32,222 nucleotides of DNA, from positions 1 to 32,222 of the forward strand of contig NIVC01004888.1 in NCBI GenBank assembly GCA_002269645.1, read 5' to 3'. The translations under genes and the position numbers were made by a program. This stretch comes from Macrostomum lignano (taxonomy: Eukaryota). The notes under the pieces were generated by a model. That model did no database searches. It worked only from the letters and a program-made list of their open reading frames with translations, and was not told the DNA's origin. Shown here piece by piece: positions 21,223-32,222 of this stretch. How positions within the stretch are numbered: the first letter of the stretch is position 1; each line of letters begins with the position of its first letter.

Positions 21223-21883
21223 CGAAGACACAGATGCAGGCACAATTGCTGATAATAGGTCCCGCTAAGCAAGGTGAACTGTGCAATAATTGGGATTCAG
21301 ACGCGTCACCCCTTCAATCCGATTCATCCATTAGCAAGCCTTTGTATTTGAAAAGCAAGATAAGAAAGTTACAACTGCAATATCGGCAACAATGAGCATC
21401 CATCTAAAGTTAACGCCAGACCACCTTTTGTCAGGTCACCCTGGCTGAGCAACATGCAGTTGAAAGTGGCTGACAGACCGCATCAATCACACCAGCAGGT
21501 AACTGTGCAGCCACCCTGGCACTTAACGCCTGGCTGCACATTAACCCCATTTATTGCGCGTCACATATCGATAAACAAGAAGACAGGCAAATAGAAGGAA
21601 ACGCGTTAAAAACTTGAAGAAGCACAAAAATCAAGCCTTCTTTTGCTGCGGCTTTAAACAGAGACAGATAAAACCTGACGCACAATGTTTGATCAGGCTG
21701 TGAATCAGCGTTTAGGTGAAAATAGGCGAAGCTGAAACTACGCGTAATCTACTAATGGACTTCCCCACCATGGAGTTTTAAACCTGGAGTACCAACGGAT
21801 TGCATCATCCACTCCCGAGTCCGAAGTGCCAATGGCTGGATCAACTATGCATCAGCGAAATAACATTTTGTTAGCAGCAGTAT

Positions 21884-22250
21884 AGACAGACAGACAGACA
21901 GACAGACACTAAGATAGACAGACAGACACAGAGACACTAAGATAGACAGACAGACAGACACTAAGATAGACAGACAGACAGACACTAAGATAGACAGACA
22001 GACAGCTAGACAGCTAGACAGACACTAAGATAGACAGCTGACAGACAGTCAGTCAGACAGACAGACAGACAGATAGACAGACAGACAGAGACAGACAGAC
22101 AGACTTAGTGACAGACAGACAGCTAGACAGACAGACAGACAGCTAGACAGACAGACAAACACGAAGACAGACAGACAGACACTAAGATAGACAGACAGAC
22201 ACTAAGATAGACAGACAGACAGAAAGACACTAAGACCGACAGACAAGCAG
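21884..22250 (+). repeat. Compound (GACA)n / gacactaagata microsatellite
   Basis: Directly visible. Confidence 0.95.
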
Positions 22251-24040
22251 AGAGACATCAGAAGAGACACTTGGTCAGTAATAACATGATAAAATTAGCC
22301 CTTAGCAGCGAGGAGAAATCCAGGAAAAAGGCATCGAGTAAAAATCAGCACAAAGCCAGTAGCCAGGAGCGCATGCATGGCGACGCCTGGAGGCTACATA
22401 GTAAATGAAAGATTGCCGGGCCCAGATAAGAGAGAATCAGCTGGAGACTGCATGCAGGCTCGCCACTCGCCCCTTGAGAGGAAGCGAAGTGACCAGCAGC
22501 CAGCCGCAATGCCCCAACCCCGCCACCTCTTCGGCCGCTATACAAAAACCGAAAGCGTCGAAATTTGGGAGGCAGAGCGCGCGGGAAAATTTAATTTAAT
22601 AATAATATATAAAACCGCGGCTTCCTCAGTATAGGGAGCTGGCTACCACCGTGAGCTTAACACGCAGGGGTTGGAGGGCGAGTGAGGATGTAATAATACG
22701 ACAAGGCGAGATCCTCGAGTTAGATTATACGGCCAACCAATGTCAGATGTGATTACCGCGACTAAAAATCTAAATAGTGAGGAGAGGCCCTCCCAACTCC
22801 CATCTCTCTCGTTGACTATAGCTGCGCGAGGGATCCTATCCCAGCGGTGGGAGGTTCGCACTTCCTAAACCTTCCCTTAATATTATCCCGCGAAATATCG
22901 TGGTCCCCGCTTTTTGGAGCCGCGAGCTCGAGGCATCGTGTGCTCGCGCGGGGCCGCTTTAATGCAATTTCTCCTGCCGTGCTCACACAAAGCGGAGACT
23001 CACGCAGCTTTATTTATTATCCTACCGGCTTGCTGAATATGCGCGGCAAGCCATCCCGGAAATCGAGAGGCACTGAAGCTATAAATTGCAGCAGCAGTAC
23101 CCACCGTAAAAAATATACAATTATTAGCGAGCAGAGCTTATAGATTATGAAGTAAAAACAACACCATGTTTCCTGCTATAAGAGAGATCGGTGCAGCAGT
23201 ATAGCTGAGGACACTTTAATGACCCGCTGAGCTGGTAGTGACAGAGACTACATTCTGTCTGCCTTAATCCCGCCTGACCTAGTCATCATAGCTAATATCT
23301 GGCTAATCCATCAAAGACCCTACATAGCATCTGCCCGCGTAAAAGTTGAAAATAACTGCAGTAGCTTTTGCAAGCTCGTGTATTGCATGTACATACTCGT
23401 ACTGCACGACAACTTCCAGGGCCAATGTACGTCCAGGAGACTCAGCGACGGGGGTCGTACTCTGTCCACCCGCCTTTCAGTTTGAAAGATAAATGATGAA
23501 TAATAAGTCGAGTCTGGAAATCTCTAAGCCGATGTTAACACTGTCACAGATAGGAAGGAAAGAACATACATTAAATACGCATCCCCTATCCACTTGAATA
23601 TCCATTTCTGTTCCAAGAAAGAAATACTAGACTGAGAAATAAGCCGGCAGAATTCTAGTTTATAAGATAACATCTCCGCTATGGCCCCGATCAGGCCTGC
23701 GCGCCACCATATGGACAAGTATTTGTCCGGGTCGGGCGGCAGGCTAAATGTAAACTTAGCGAGCCAAAAAGCTGCAACTGGGAATGATTTTTTTATAATC
23801 CCACGCCCGCCCGCCCAGCCAGTTATGTTTACACAGTGCGAGCTAGATGATAAATGTAATCCGCAGCGCAGATTTACATATATATCCTACTACTGCTAAG
23901 CTAGTTAACATGACCATCATCAGTTGCCAAAGAGCACACATATGCATACACCTATCGCTTTCTTGCTGCACACAAGACTTTGCTGCTGATGTAGCGCGCT
24001 TCAAGTTTTGATAAAGAGATTGCGCGTCTTCTAATGCGCT

Positions 24041-24388
24041 AAATTTATTATTTAACCATGAAAAAACTATCCCCACTAGACTACTGAACAAAACTGTTAA
24101 GTAGGTAGGTAGCGCAAATAGCAGCTACAATCTACGATAGGTTAGTCTTACATAATAATACATCTGCCGCAAATTGTATTTCACCAAACTGGCGCAGTTA
24201 AAATGAAAGTTAAAATTTATTATTTAACCATGAAAAAACTATCCCCACTAGACTACTGAACAAAACTGTTAAGTAGGTAGGTAGCGCAAATAGCAGCTAC
24301 AATCTACGATCGGTTAGTCTTACACAATAATACATCTGCCGCAAATTGTATTTCACCCAAACTGGCGCAGTTAAAATGAAAGTTAAAA
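24041..24388 (+). repeat. Near-identical tandem duplication, period 172 bp
   Basis: aaatttattatttaaccatgaaaaaactatcccc...ggcgcagttaaaatgaaagttaaaa starts at 24041 and again at 24213. Confidence 0.95.
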
Positions 24389-25454
24389 CACTGTTGTTGC
24401 TAAAAAGCATTTTTACAACAATAAATATGCCAGTAAAAATAACTGTCACATAGTATACAATGATATAATTATATATCTCAATAGCGTAACAATAGGTTTC
24501 AGAATTTTTGCTCCAATGCTAAACAAGGTTGCGCATGAAAATGCCAATATTAGAATAAGGAAGATGCCAGAATTATGAAGACTTAGTAGACGAAGAAATG
24601 AAAAAAAAAGGAATGCCACACTGACAGAGACGCTAGCAATGCTGGGTAAGTGAAGTACAGTATAAAAGTAGAATTTAATTTAAAAAGCTTTAATAAAACA
24701 TTATAAGATTTGTTCAGAAATATTTTGTTTTATTTATCAAGTTCCAAGGAAGGATTCCATCGGTAAGAAATATCTAGCTATAAGGATTATAAGGATAAAG
24801 GTGAGCTTTTATTAATAATATATACGAGTACTATTGTACTATTATGATTACAACATAAATTGAACACAGACCGGTAGACACAATGCCACTATAAATACAG
24901 AGCTATCTTTCTGTGTTACAGCGTGCCACGTGTATCAAATTGAGTTTTGCCATCCTGAACTTGGCACCCGGTTTTTTAAACTGAATACCACTTTGAAATT
25001 TAATATCCATATTTTTTGAAATTCTATTTTATATAAAGTATCAATAATCTTGTGGCTCTGGAGCCCTACACTCGTATCTAAGTTAAAATCACTGAGTTGC
25101 GTCTAGAGTGCATCTAAGTCAGTAAGTAATTCTGACGCCTAGAAAAGCTAGATACAAAAGAATATAAAAATTTAAGAACTAAAACAGACACACGCATTCG
25201 TAAAAATGCACAAAACTATTTGTTATACTGTAGCTAACTTGGCATTATAGTAGTTACAATCAAACAGAACAATTAATTACACAATAGAATACGGTATACA
25301 TGAGAGATTAATTCCGAAAACCAATTAACATAACAAGTACAAAAAACCAACTATTTTAATTTGATATTGCAAAAACACGCACAACAAAACTGGTAATAAT
25401 TAGTAAACATTGACATGATTTATAGTAGATAATAACAGTCATTTTTTGGGTGAT

Positions 25455-25690
25455 AGAGGATCTGGAAAGGAAAATAAAGATCTAGGGCGGTAAATGAGAA
25501 TCTCGAAGGATAAATGAGGATCTGTAGGGATAAATGAGTATCTGGGAGGGAAAATAAGACTCCGGGAGGGTAAATGAGGATCTGTAAGGATAAATGAGGA
25601 TCTAGGAGGGCAAATGAGGATTTTGGAGGGCAAATAAGACTCCGGGAGGGTAAATGAGGATCTTTAAGGATAAATGGGGATCTGAGACGG
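25455..25690 (+). repeat. ~20-bp gg(g/a)taaatgaggatct minisatellite, 3' of the TMEM168 stop
   Basis: Tandem units of the same family as 26270-26875. Confidence 0.85.
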
Positions 25691-25834
25691 CAAATGAATT
25701 AAAGAGTAAAAAAAGATCTGCAAGCATAACTGGGAATCTTATGATAGGCCTCTGATGGTAAAAGACCTGACTAATTGCGCATTTTAGCTCGTAATTGCAA
25801 CCCAGACATCCCAACGGCCGACATCTCTAATGCC

Positions 25835-26160
25835 CTACAGTTGCACTAGTCGAAATCCTAGCCCAGTATCCAGAGCGGCGGGCGGGCACAGGCGCATTCT
25901 CAGGCGTCGGACGGCGTTGCACAGCGGACTGACCAGACGGAGCGACGGCGCCCTGAGCAGAGGGCAACTCGCTGTGAGTGCCGGCAGCAGGCAGCGGCAG
26001 GGCCTGGGCAGAGCCGAGTCCCAGAATTGTCGGGCACCAGACTGGCTTGGACGGGTAAGCTTGAAGTCCACCCAGGCTCGGGACACCGCGTATTGGAGAC
26101 CGAGTCTGCCCGGTCGCTTGCCTGCGGCGGGGGAGGGAGCGGCGGCTGACTTGTGAAGGT
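25835..26160 (-). CDS. TMEM168: TMEM168 exon 3 of 3 (C-terminus and stop)
   Basis: LQYAVSRAWVDFKL and terminal CPPAALDTGLGFRLVQL* match the TMEM168 C-terminus (VYGVSKRWSDY, LPTVLDTGQGFKLV, recalled). Acceptor ccccag|ac; phase fits exon 2 (G|AC = Asp). Confidence 0.88.
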
Positions 26161-26269
26161 CTGGGGATGCTTACTGGGGATGTTGGAGGCTTAATGGGAG
26201 TCTGAGGATTTGGGAGAACAAATACGGAGATTGATGAAAAAAACTATTCAATATGAGGATTCGGTAGGG

Positions 26270-26875
26270 TAGATGGAGATCTGGGAGGGTAAATGGGAGG
26301 GCAAACAGAAATTTGGAAGGGCAAATGGGGTTCTAGAAGGGTAAATGGGGATCTGAGAGGGTAAGTGGGGATCTAGGAGGGTAAATGGGGATCTGGGAGG
26401 GTAAGTAGGGATCTAGGAGGGTAAATGGGATCAAGAAGGGTAAATGAGGGCAAACGGGAATCAAGGAGGGCAAATGGGGATCTGGGAGGGTAAGTGGGGA
26501 TCTGGGAGGGTAAATGGGGATCAGAGAGGGTAAATGGGGATCTGGGAGGGTAAGTGGGGATCTAGGAGGGTAAGTGGGGATCTAGGAGGGTAAATGGGGA
26601 TCTGAGAGGGTAAGTAGGGATCTAGGAGGGTAAATGGGATCTAGAAGGGTAAATGAGGGCAAACGGGAATCAAGGAGGGCAAATGGGGATCTGGGAGGGT
26701 AAGTGGGGATCTGGGAGGGTAAATGGGGATCAGAGAGGGTAAATGGGGATCTGGGAGGGTAAGTGGGGATCTAGGAGGGTAAATGGGATCTAGAAGGGTA
26801 AATGAGAGGGCAAACGGGGATCAGGGAGGGCAAATGGGGATCAGGGAGGGCAAATGGGGATCTGGGAAGGTAAAC
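26270..26875 (+). repeat. 20-bp G-rich minisatellite (ggagggtaaatggggatctg), ~30 copies, in TMEM168 intron 2
   Basis: Directly visible tandem array with higher-order duplication. Confidence 0.96.
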
Positions 26876-26984
26876 TAGACAGTGGATTCCCATAGGTGAA
26901 ATGGGAAGCTGAGATTGGGAAATGTTTCTAGAGCGTTAGAACTAGAATTCGGAGAATGTGAACAAATACTTCTATAAGTCTCAC

Positions 26985-27505
26985 CAGTCTTAGCGGCCCG
27001 CAGCAGCTCCTGCTGCTGAGCAGCCGCCTGCTCGCATTCGCTAGTAAACAATTTAGTAAACTCTTCCAACTGTCCGTTGTGAGTCTGCAATGCCAGACAG
27101 ACATTCCTAGGCAGACTGCGCACTGCCGACAGCCACCGGTGCCCATTGGACGAGTCCACAACCAGCAGCAGGCGGCTCTCGTCTCCGCGACCTTCTTCGT
27201 CATCGGAGGCAGACGCGGAATCTTCCGAAGCCGTGGCCGCTTCTCTCCACAATTGCAGCAGAGCCTCCAGGCCCAGACAGGCGCCGCCAAAGAAGGCCCA
27301 GGCGCCGGCCGAGTCAGTCGGTCCGCAATAGTACACAACGTACGTATCGTAGCGCTGCTTGTCTGGCGTGCGTTGACAGAAAAATTGGCGCAATTTTTGT
27401 TGAACTAAATCGCGAGATAAACCGGAACTGTTCAAATCGCAGCCGAAGCTGGTTAATAGATGGCTGCTGAAGAAGTACTGGATGCTGTCCAGCTGACGGG
27501 TGCAC
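26985..27505 (-). CDS. TMEM168: TMEM168 exon 2 (soluble C-terminal domain)
   Basis: QLDSIQYFFSSHLLTSFGCDLNSSGLS...RYDTYVVYYCG...RLLLVVDS matches TMEM168 (AIQRFF...YGCDYSTSGLS...HDTYILYYSG...RLIIVLDS, recalled). Acceptor ttccag|G and donor ACTG|gtgaga; 521 nt; phases consistent. Confidence 0.92.
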
Positions 27506-27689
27506 CTGGAAAGTAGGCGCGTTTCTTAGAAGTATTTGAAATAGCGATTTCCTGGAAATGCTCAGAAGCCGGTTAAATAAACTGTTCCACGTTTGGGCGA
27601 TTTTTATTAGAAATGGGTTCGAAGTTTGAATGAAGCTTGATTTTTAGAAATTGTAATTGTCTTGGAAATTTTTTCTCAGAAGCTTTATT

Positions 27690-27915
27690 TGTGATTCTTG
27701 GAAAACGTTCTCCGATTCTTAGAAACTTTTCTCTGATTCTTGGAAGCTGTTCAAGTGTGATTCTTGGAAAATGTTGCTGAATGATTCTTAGAAACTGTTC
27801 TCCGATTCTTAGAAGCTGTTCCGGTGTGATTCTTGGGAAAAGTTTCTGAATGATTCTTAGAAACTGTTCTCTGATTCTTAGAAGCTGTTCCGGTGTGATT
27901 CTTGGAAAAACTGTT
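27690..27915 (+). repeat. ~21-bp minisatellite (gattcttagaaactgttctcc) with ~65-bp higher-order structure, in TMEM168 intron 1
   Basis: About 10 gattctt(a/g)gaa units. Confidence 0.9.
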
Positions 27916-27974
27916 ACTGTGTAAGTCTTGGTTTAACAATCAAGTACAAAAGCATAAAAATACATCCAACAAAC

Positions 27975-29593
27975 CTTGCCAGCTGTTTCCGATGAGCAGT
28001 CGGACTCTGCAGCAGCACCACAGTACTGCCGCTGCCGCCACCGCCTCCGACATTGTTGAAAAAGCCAGTGCTAGCACCAGGGGGCAGTTCGGGACTAACC
28101 AAACCGTAGGCTAGACAGGTACCGCCAATGCATTCGGTCAGTCTGGTGCAAGTGGCCAACAGCACGGCATCGCAGGAGATTCCAATAGCTAGCAGAGCTA
28201 AAGAAGCTGGAGATCGAGTCTCCCAGGTCAGACAGACTAACAGACAGCTGGATGATAAGCTAAGCCATAGCAGTCTGCAGCCTAACTGTGCCAAGTATCT
28301 GAGTCCGCGAGCTGCCAACAGTGCTGGTGCCGACTGAGCAGTGGGCTTCGACTCCGACTGTCTAAACAGCCGGCACAATCGCCTAGTGAACTGGTGCAAC
28401 AGTAACAGTCGGGCTAGGTGGAATGCAAGATAAGGACAAGCCGACACAGCGTAGAATGGCAGCATGAGCACGTGCTGAGGATGAGCCACAACAACTGTAG
28501 CTCCAATCGCTAGAGCTGATATATCCAAGCACAGCAGCATCGCGTACACAATATGATGCAAAAACCAACGCTGCCAAGCCGACCACCACAGTTCTACAAC
28601 TGAAGCCGATCCGGAATCTAACAGAGCGGCGCCCAGCTGCCTATACAGATACATTAGTAGCGGAGTTAAACTAGCGTGCAGCTGAATCGAATGCAATAGA
28701 TAGACGCAGGCCGCAGATAATAGCAGAGCATTAGCCACCGCTAGCCAAGAGCGCAGCCGCAATAAAACAATAGTTAAGCACAGGCAAGCGTTAAACAGAG
28801 CCAATTCCCACCAATGCGATTGTTCAATTAAAGATATTGAGAATCCAATCTGTTCCCACAGTTCCTGTTTGCTTAGTAGGCTGCCGTATTGCGAGCTGCC
28901 GCTGTCCCTACCGGTCCCAATCGCCTCCCCGATGAGTCCTTCGCTGCCATCGGCTGCAGTTAGATCGTCTACTGTTTTCGGCAGGGTGGCATCAGCGCCA
29001 GCCGCGGCGGACTGTCTGCGCGACACAGTCAACGGATAGACAATGCGAACAATGACAGAGCGAAGCATTGATGCAAGCACCGATAGCAGCATCAGACAGT
29101 TGATTGTCTGCTCAACTGATTCACTGCTAATAGGATGCAGCGGTCCAACGACAATAGGCTTAGCTCTGATCCCGCCCATTGGAATACGCCTGCCAGCCTC
29201 GACATCAAACGAAGTTTCTAAACTGGCGCTGTGGAAACAGCCCAGACCAAGAAAATAACCAATCCACAGGTGATATAGTATAGGCCTGGCCTGTGCCAGG
29301 ATGGATAACAATCGACTCTTGCCTTGCAGAGCAATTAATAAACAGAATATGGCCAAACAAGCACCCGAGATGCAATACAGTCTAATGGCTTCAGTGCCTC
29401 GACTGTACAGTGAGTAGCCAATGCCGCACAATAACAGACTGGATGATGCGATGTCCAAGAAGGCAGCAATGGAGCAGCCACGCATTGCAGCTCTGGCTCC
29501 ATCAATGTTCACACCATAGCGACGGGCGATGGCATTGAGCTGGCCTGCCCGGAGACGCAGCCGCTCGCGACAACTCAATAAGTATTGACGCAT
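27975..29593 (-). CDS. TMEM168: TMEM168 exon 1 (multi-pass transmembrane region)
   Basis: Hydrophobic helices with TMEM168-like motifs (LWIGYFLGLGCF, LLSKQELWEQIGFSI, LRLRSWLAVAN, LLAARGLRYL, ECIGGTCLAYGLVSP). First in-frame ATG at 29593; donor GCA AG|gtttgt, phase 2. Confidence 0.9.
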
Positions 29594-29844
29594 CAATGTT
29601 ATGATCAAAATTACTACAATAAATTTATTTGCAAATATAAACAATCATAGTCCAGTTTCTGAATTGAAACACTGTTAAATCAATTTTCTTTTTTAGATGG
29701 TAAGAAACTTCTGGTTAATAATCAGATATCCTATTTTTGGTAAATGTTATAATGTAGATGTTATAAAATAAATGCTTAATTCTTTCAGATGCATTTAAAT
29801 TTCAAATTTAAAGACACAATATATAACTAGAATACTTAGCTTAA

Positions 29845-29902
29845 TCTTTGGGGCATATCATATCAACAATTTATATATATATCATATGATATGCCCCAAA
29901 GA
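29845..29902. other. Perfect 19-bp inverted repeat with a 20-nt spacer (hairpin/cruciform), upstream of TMEM168
   Basis: tctttggggcatatcatat (29845-29863) / atatgatatgccccaaaga (29884-29902). Confidence 0.9.
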
Positions 29903-30404
29903 CTAGTATATGCCATGATTTAAGCTAAGTTGTTATTAAGCTTAGTATGCTAGGGACTCCTTATATGTGCCAGAATTTTCTATGGCAAAGGCCACTTTCT
30001 TGACTAACTAGAGCTATCTATAAGAAAATCTATATAATCTACATTTGACAGAAAAGTTAATGCCCAAAGTTTTACTTGTCCAATAATGCATAACAAATAC
30101 TACCAACTTTATATGATACACTCGTACTATTACTACTAGTATATAATATAGTAATTATTAGACAAGTAATGCATTAAAAGATAAGTATAGCAAGAACAAA
30201 AGACACTGTTACAGCAGTGAAATCAGTCTTACAAAGAAGAATAGATAGGCTAAACCTGCCACAACTCACAACTTGATGACATTAATAGGATTGTGTTAAA
30301 AAAGAGCAAATCCCATACATCACACTCATACATGCCCAACACCCATCTGACTTGTCTGAACTAGATGGGTGAAATGGCTGCCGGCCAAGGTAAGTTGCAA
30401 AATT

Positions 30405-30540
30405 GAAAATGCAAAAACAAAAAATTGGGGGAAGAAAGAAAGGAGAGGAAAAGAAAATGAAAAGAAAGGAGAGAAGAGAGAGGGTGGAAGAGGAGAGAGA
30501 AAGAGCAAGAAAAGAAAAGAGAAAAGGCAAGAAAAGTCAT
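30405..30540 (+). repeat. A/G-rich low-complexity tract
   Basis: aaag/gaga runs. Confidence 0.85.
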
Positions 30541-30951
30541 ATACAAAATGAAAATTGAGTCGCAATTGAAAGTAACTAAGTCGCAATCGGGAGGAACTAA
30601 GTTGCAAATCTGGACAAAACTAAGTCACACTGGACAGGTGAAATTTTGATGTTAGGCATGTATGATCACACTCTGGATCATGTAGTATATGCCTGAAAAT
30701 TTGGGCAATGGGCATGCATTGGCTTTGCATGCCAAAAGTAGGCATGTACAATAGAGTCTAACTGAGATTAGATTTTTGTTTTCAAGGCAAGATTGAGTAA
30801 GAATTTTATAAAAAATTCAAGATTGAGAATAAGTTAAACAAGAATTGGAGATCCAGCTGCAATTGTATATTTGTACAGAATGAATAGTATCTACAATAAG
30901 ATATATATACAATTTAGCCTATATTATAAATAAGTAGATAATAAAACAAAA

Positions 30952-32222
30952 GAAATAGCTCAAATGTACCATCACAATAATATATATATATATGCAGCAA
31001 TATACAAAAGTAAGCCATTAACTCTGGCTATGCCACTGTATACCACTGTAAGATACATAAATAGGTTGAAGGTTGGTAATGGCCTGGCCTACCAGGTAAG
31101 CCATAGTCAGGATCATGGCATGCCTATGCTAGAAAATCTTATCAAAATAGTTTGATTGTACCATGTGCTAGAACTTTTTTGAAAAAAACAAACACAAAAT
31201 TTGTATTTTCCCTTTAAAAAATACTAGTAAAACTTTTATTTGAATCTGTTGTATAGAAAAACAACATTAATGTATTTTAATTTAAAATGCCATCAATATA
31301 CTGGCAAACAAAAAGTGCTAATTATGCATTAGACAAAGCATCATTTGTTTTTTTATTTGGCACTTCACAATATTTTTATACTTTCTGTATTGAATTCAAT
31401 CTTGTTTGACTATTCTTGAATTCCAAGCCCATTTTTGAAATTTCAAGAATTTCTCAAATGATCAAAAAAAGACCAAGTCTCAAAAATTGAGATTGAGATC
31501 AAGGTTTTGGTCAAACTCTAGTGCATACTAGCAATCAGCGCCACCAATTAGGGAGCCAAAAAATGCAGTATAAGTTTTTTTAATAAAACTACATGTAGCA
31601 ATCTCTTTGCAATATCCCTCAGAAGTCCCTTATAAGACTTGACATGTCACCAATTCCCCCCCCACAAGCCTTAACATATCAACTTCCAATGCCCCCTATA
31701 AGCCTTGAAATCTTAAAAAATCTGTCAACCTTCTAACCTTAACCCTAACCTAAAGCATTGACAATTCAATAATTCTCCCCAAGAGTTATTATAGCATTAC
31801 AGCATTATAGCGATTCCCTGTAAGCCTTGACATTGTAGGGATTCCCAAATGAATCTCTTAACTTCAACATGACACTTCTTTTATTTTTTACATTACGCTT
31901 CTTCTATCAGCGACCCCCCATGAGGAGCCAACAAACAATGTAATAAAAAGTTTTGAATAAACAACATGTAGCTTCTGACTTTAGCCTTAACATCTCAGTT
32001 ATTCCCCCATGAGCCTTGACATCTCAGCTATTCCCCGTAAGCTTTGACATCAATAGTAATTCTCCCTAAGAGTCATAGCATGCAGTTTTATGTATGTTTT
32101 TAACATGACATTTCTTTATGTCTGATATAATGCTTCTTTTGTCAAGGCTTTAATTCTGCTTTTGAATAAACTACATGTTTAAACTATAGCTTCTCTTTGC
32201 AAAAACCTTAGCAATCCCTTAT
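30952..32222 (+). repeat. Terminal direct repeat, copy 2 (matches 1..1277)
   Basis: Colinear with 1-1277; differs by small indels, mostly in homopolymer runs. Confidence 0.97.

Noticed and set aside
20864-21286. LSIY-repeat ORFs on the - strand
   Set aside because: Stop-free translation of the (GATA)n microsatellite.
29612-29630. Second SL-like motif (aatttattgtag on -) upstream of TMEM168
   Set aside because: Only 9 AT-rich nt, not at the ATG; compatible with chance.
29594-29644. N-terminal extension of TMEM168 shown in the ORF track
   Set aside because: It starts at TTG in AT-rich sequence; the first ATG in frame is at 29593.

Overview
Eukaryotic (animal) genomic DNA. The coding style and GACA/GATA microsatellite load suggest a Macrostomum-type flatworm, but that is inference only. 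Two intact spliced genes face each other tail-to-tail. One is an Ariadne-2 (ARIH2/TRIAD1) RBR E3 ligase on + (join 11569..12033, 13104..13595, 14640..15101, 16355..16498; 520 aa). The other is TMEM168 on - (join 29593..27975, 27505..26985, 26160..25835; 821 aa). The rest is repeats: mini/microsatellites, two MITEs, a tRNA-derived CORE-SINE and a foldback-like inverted-repeat block. Three things stand out. (1) The first 1277 bp recur as the last 1271 bp, and the differences seen are small indels, so the window is a ~30.95-kb circle or collapsed tandem unit. (2) In the AT-rich block (~1-11500 and ~29650-end) paralogous repeat copies differ mostly by CpA/TpG->TpA and CpG transitions, a RIP-like signature otherwise known from fungi. 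(3) The ARIH2 start codon sits in TTATTGCATG, which matches my recollection of the 3' end of the Macrostomum spliced leader. No prokaryotic features, CRISPR arrays or autonomous transposase/RT ORFs were recognised.
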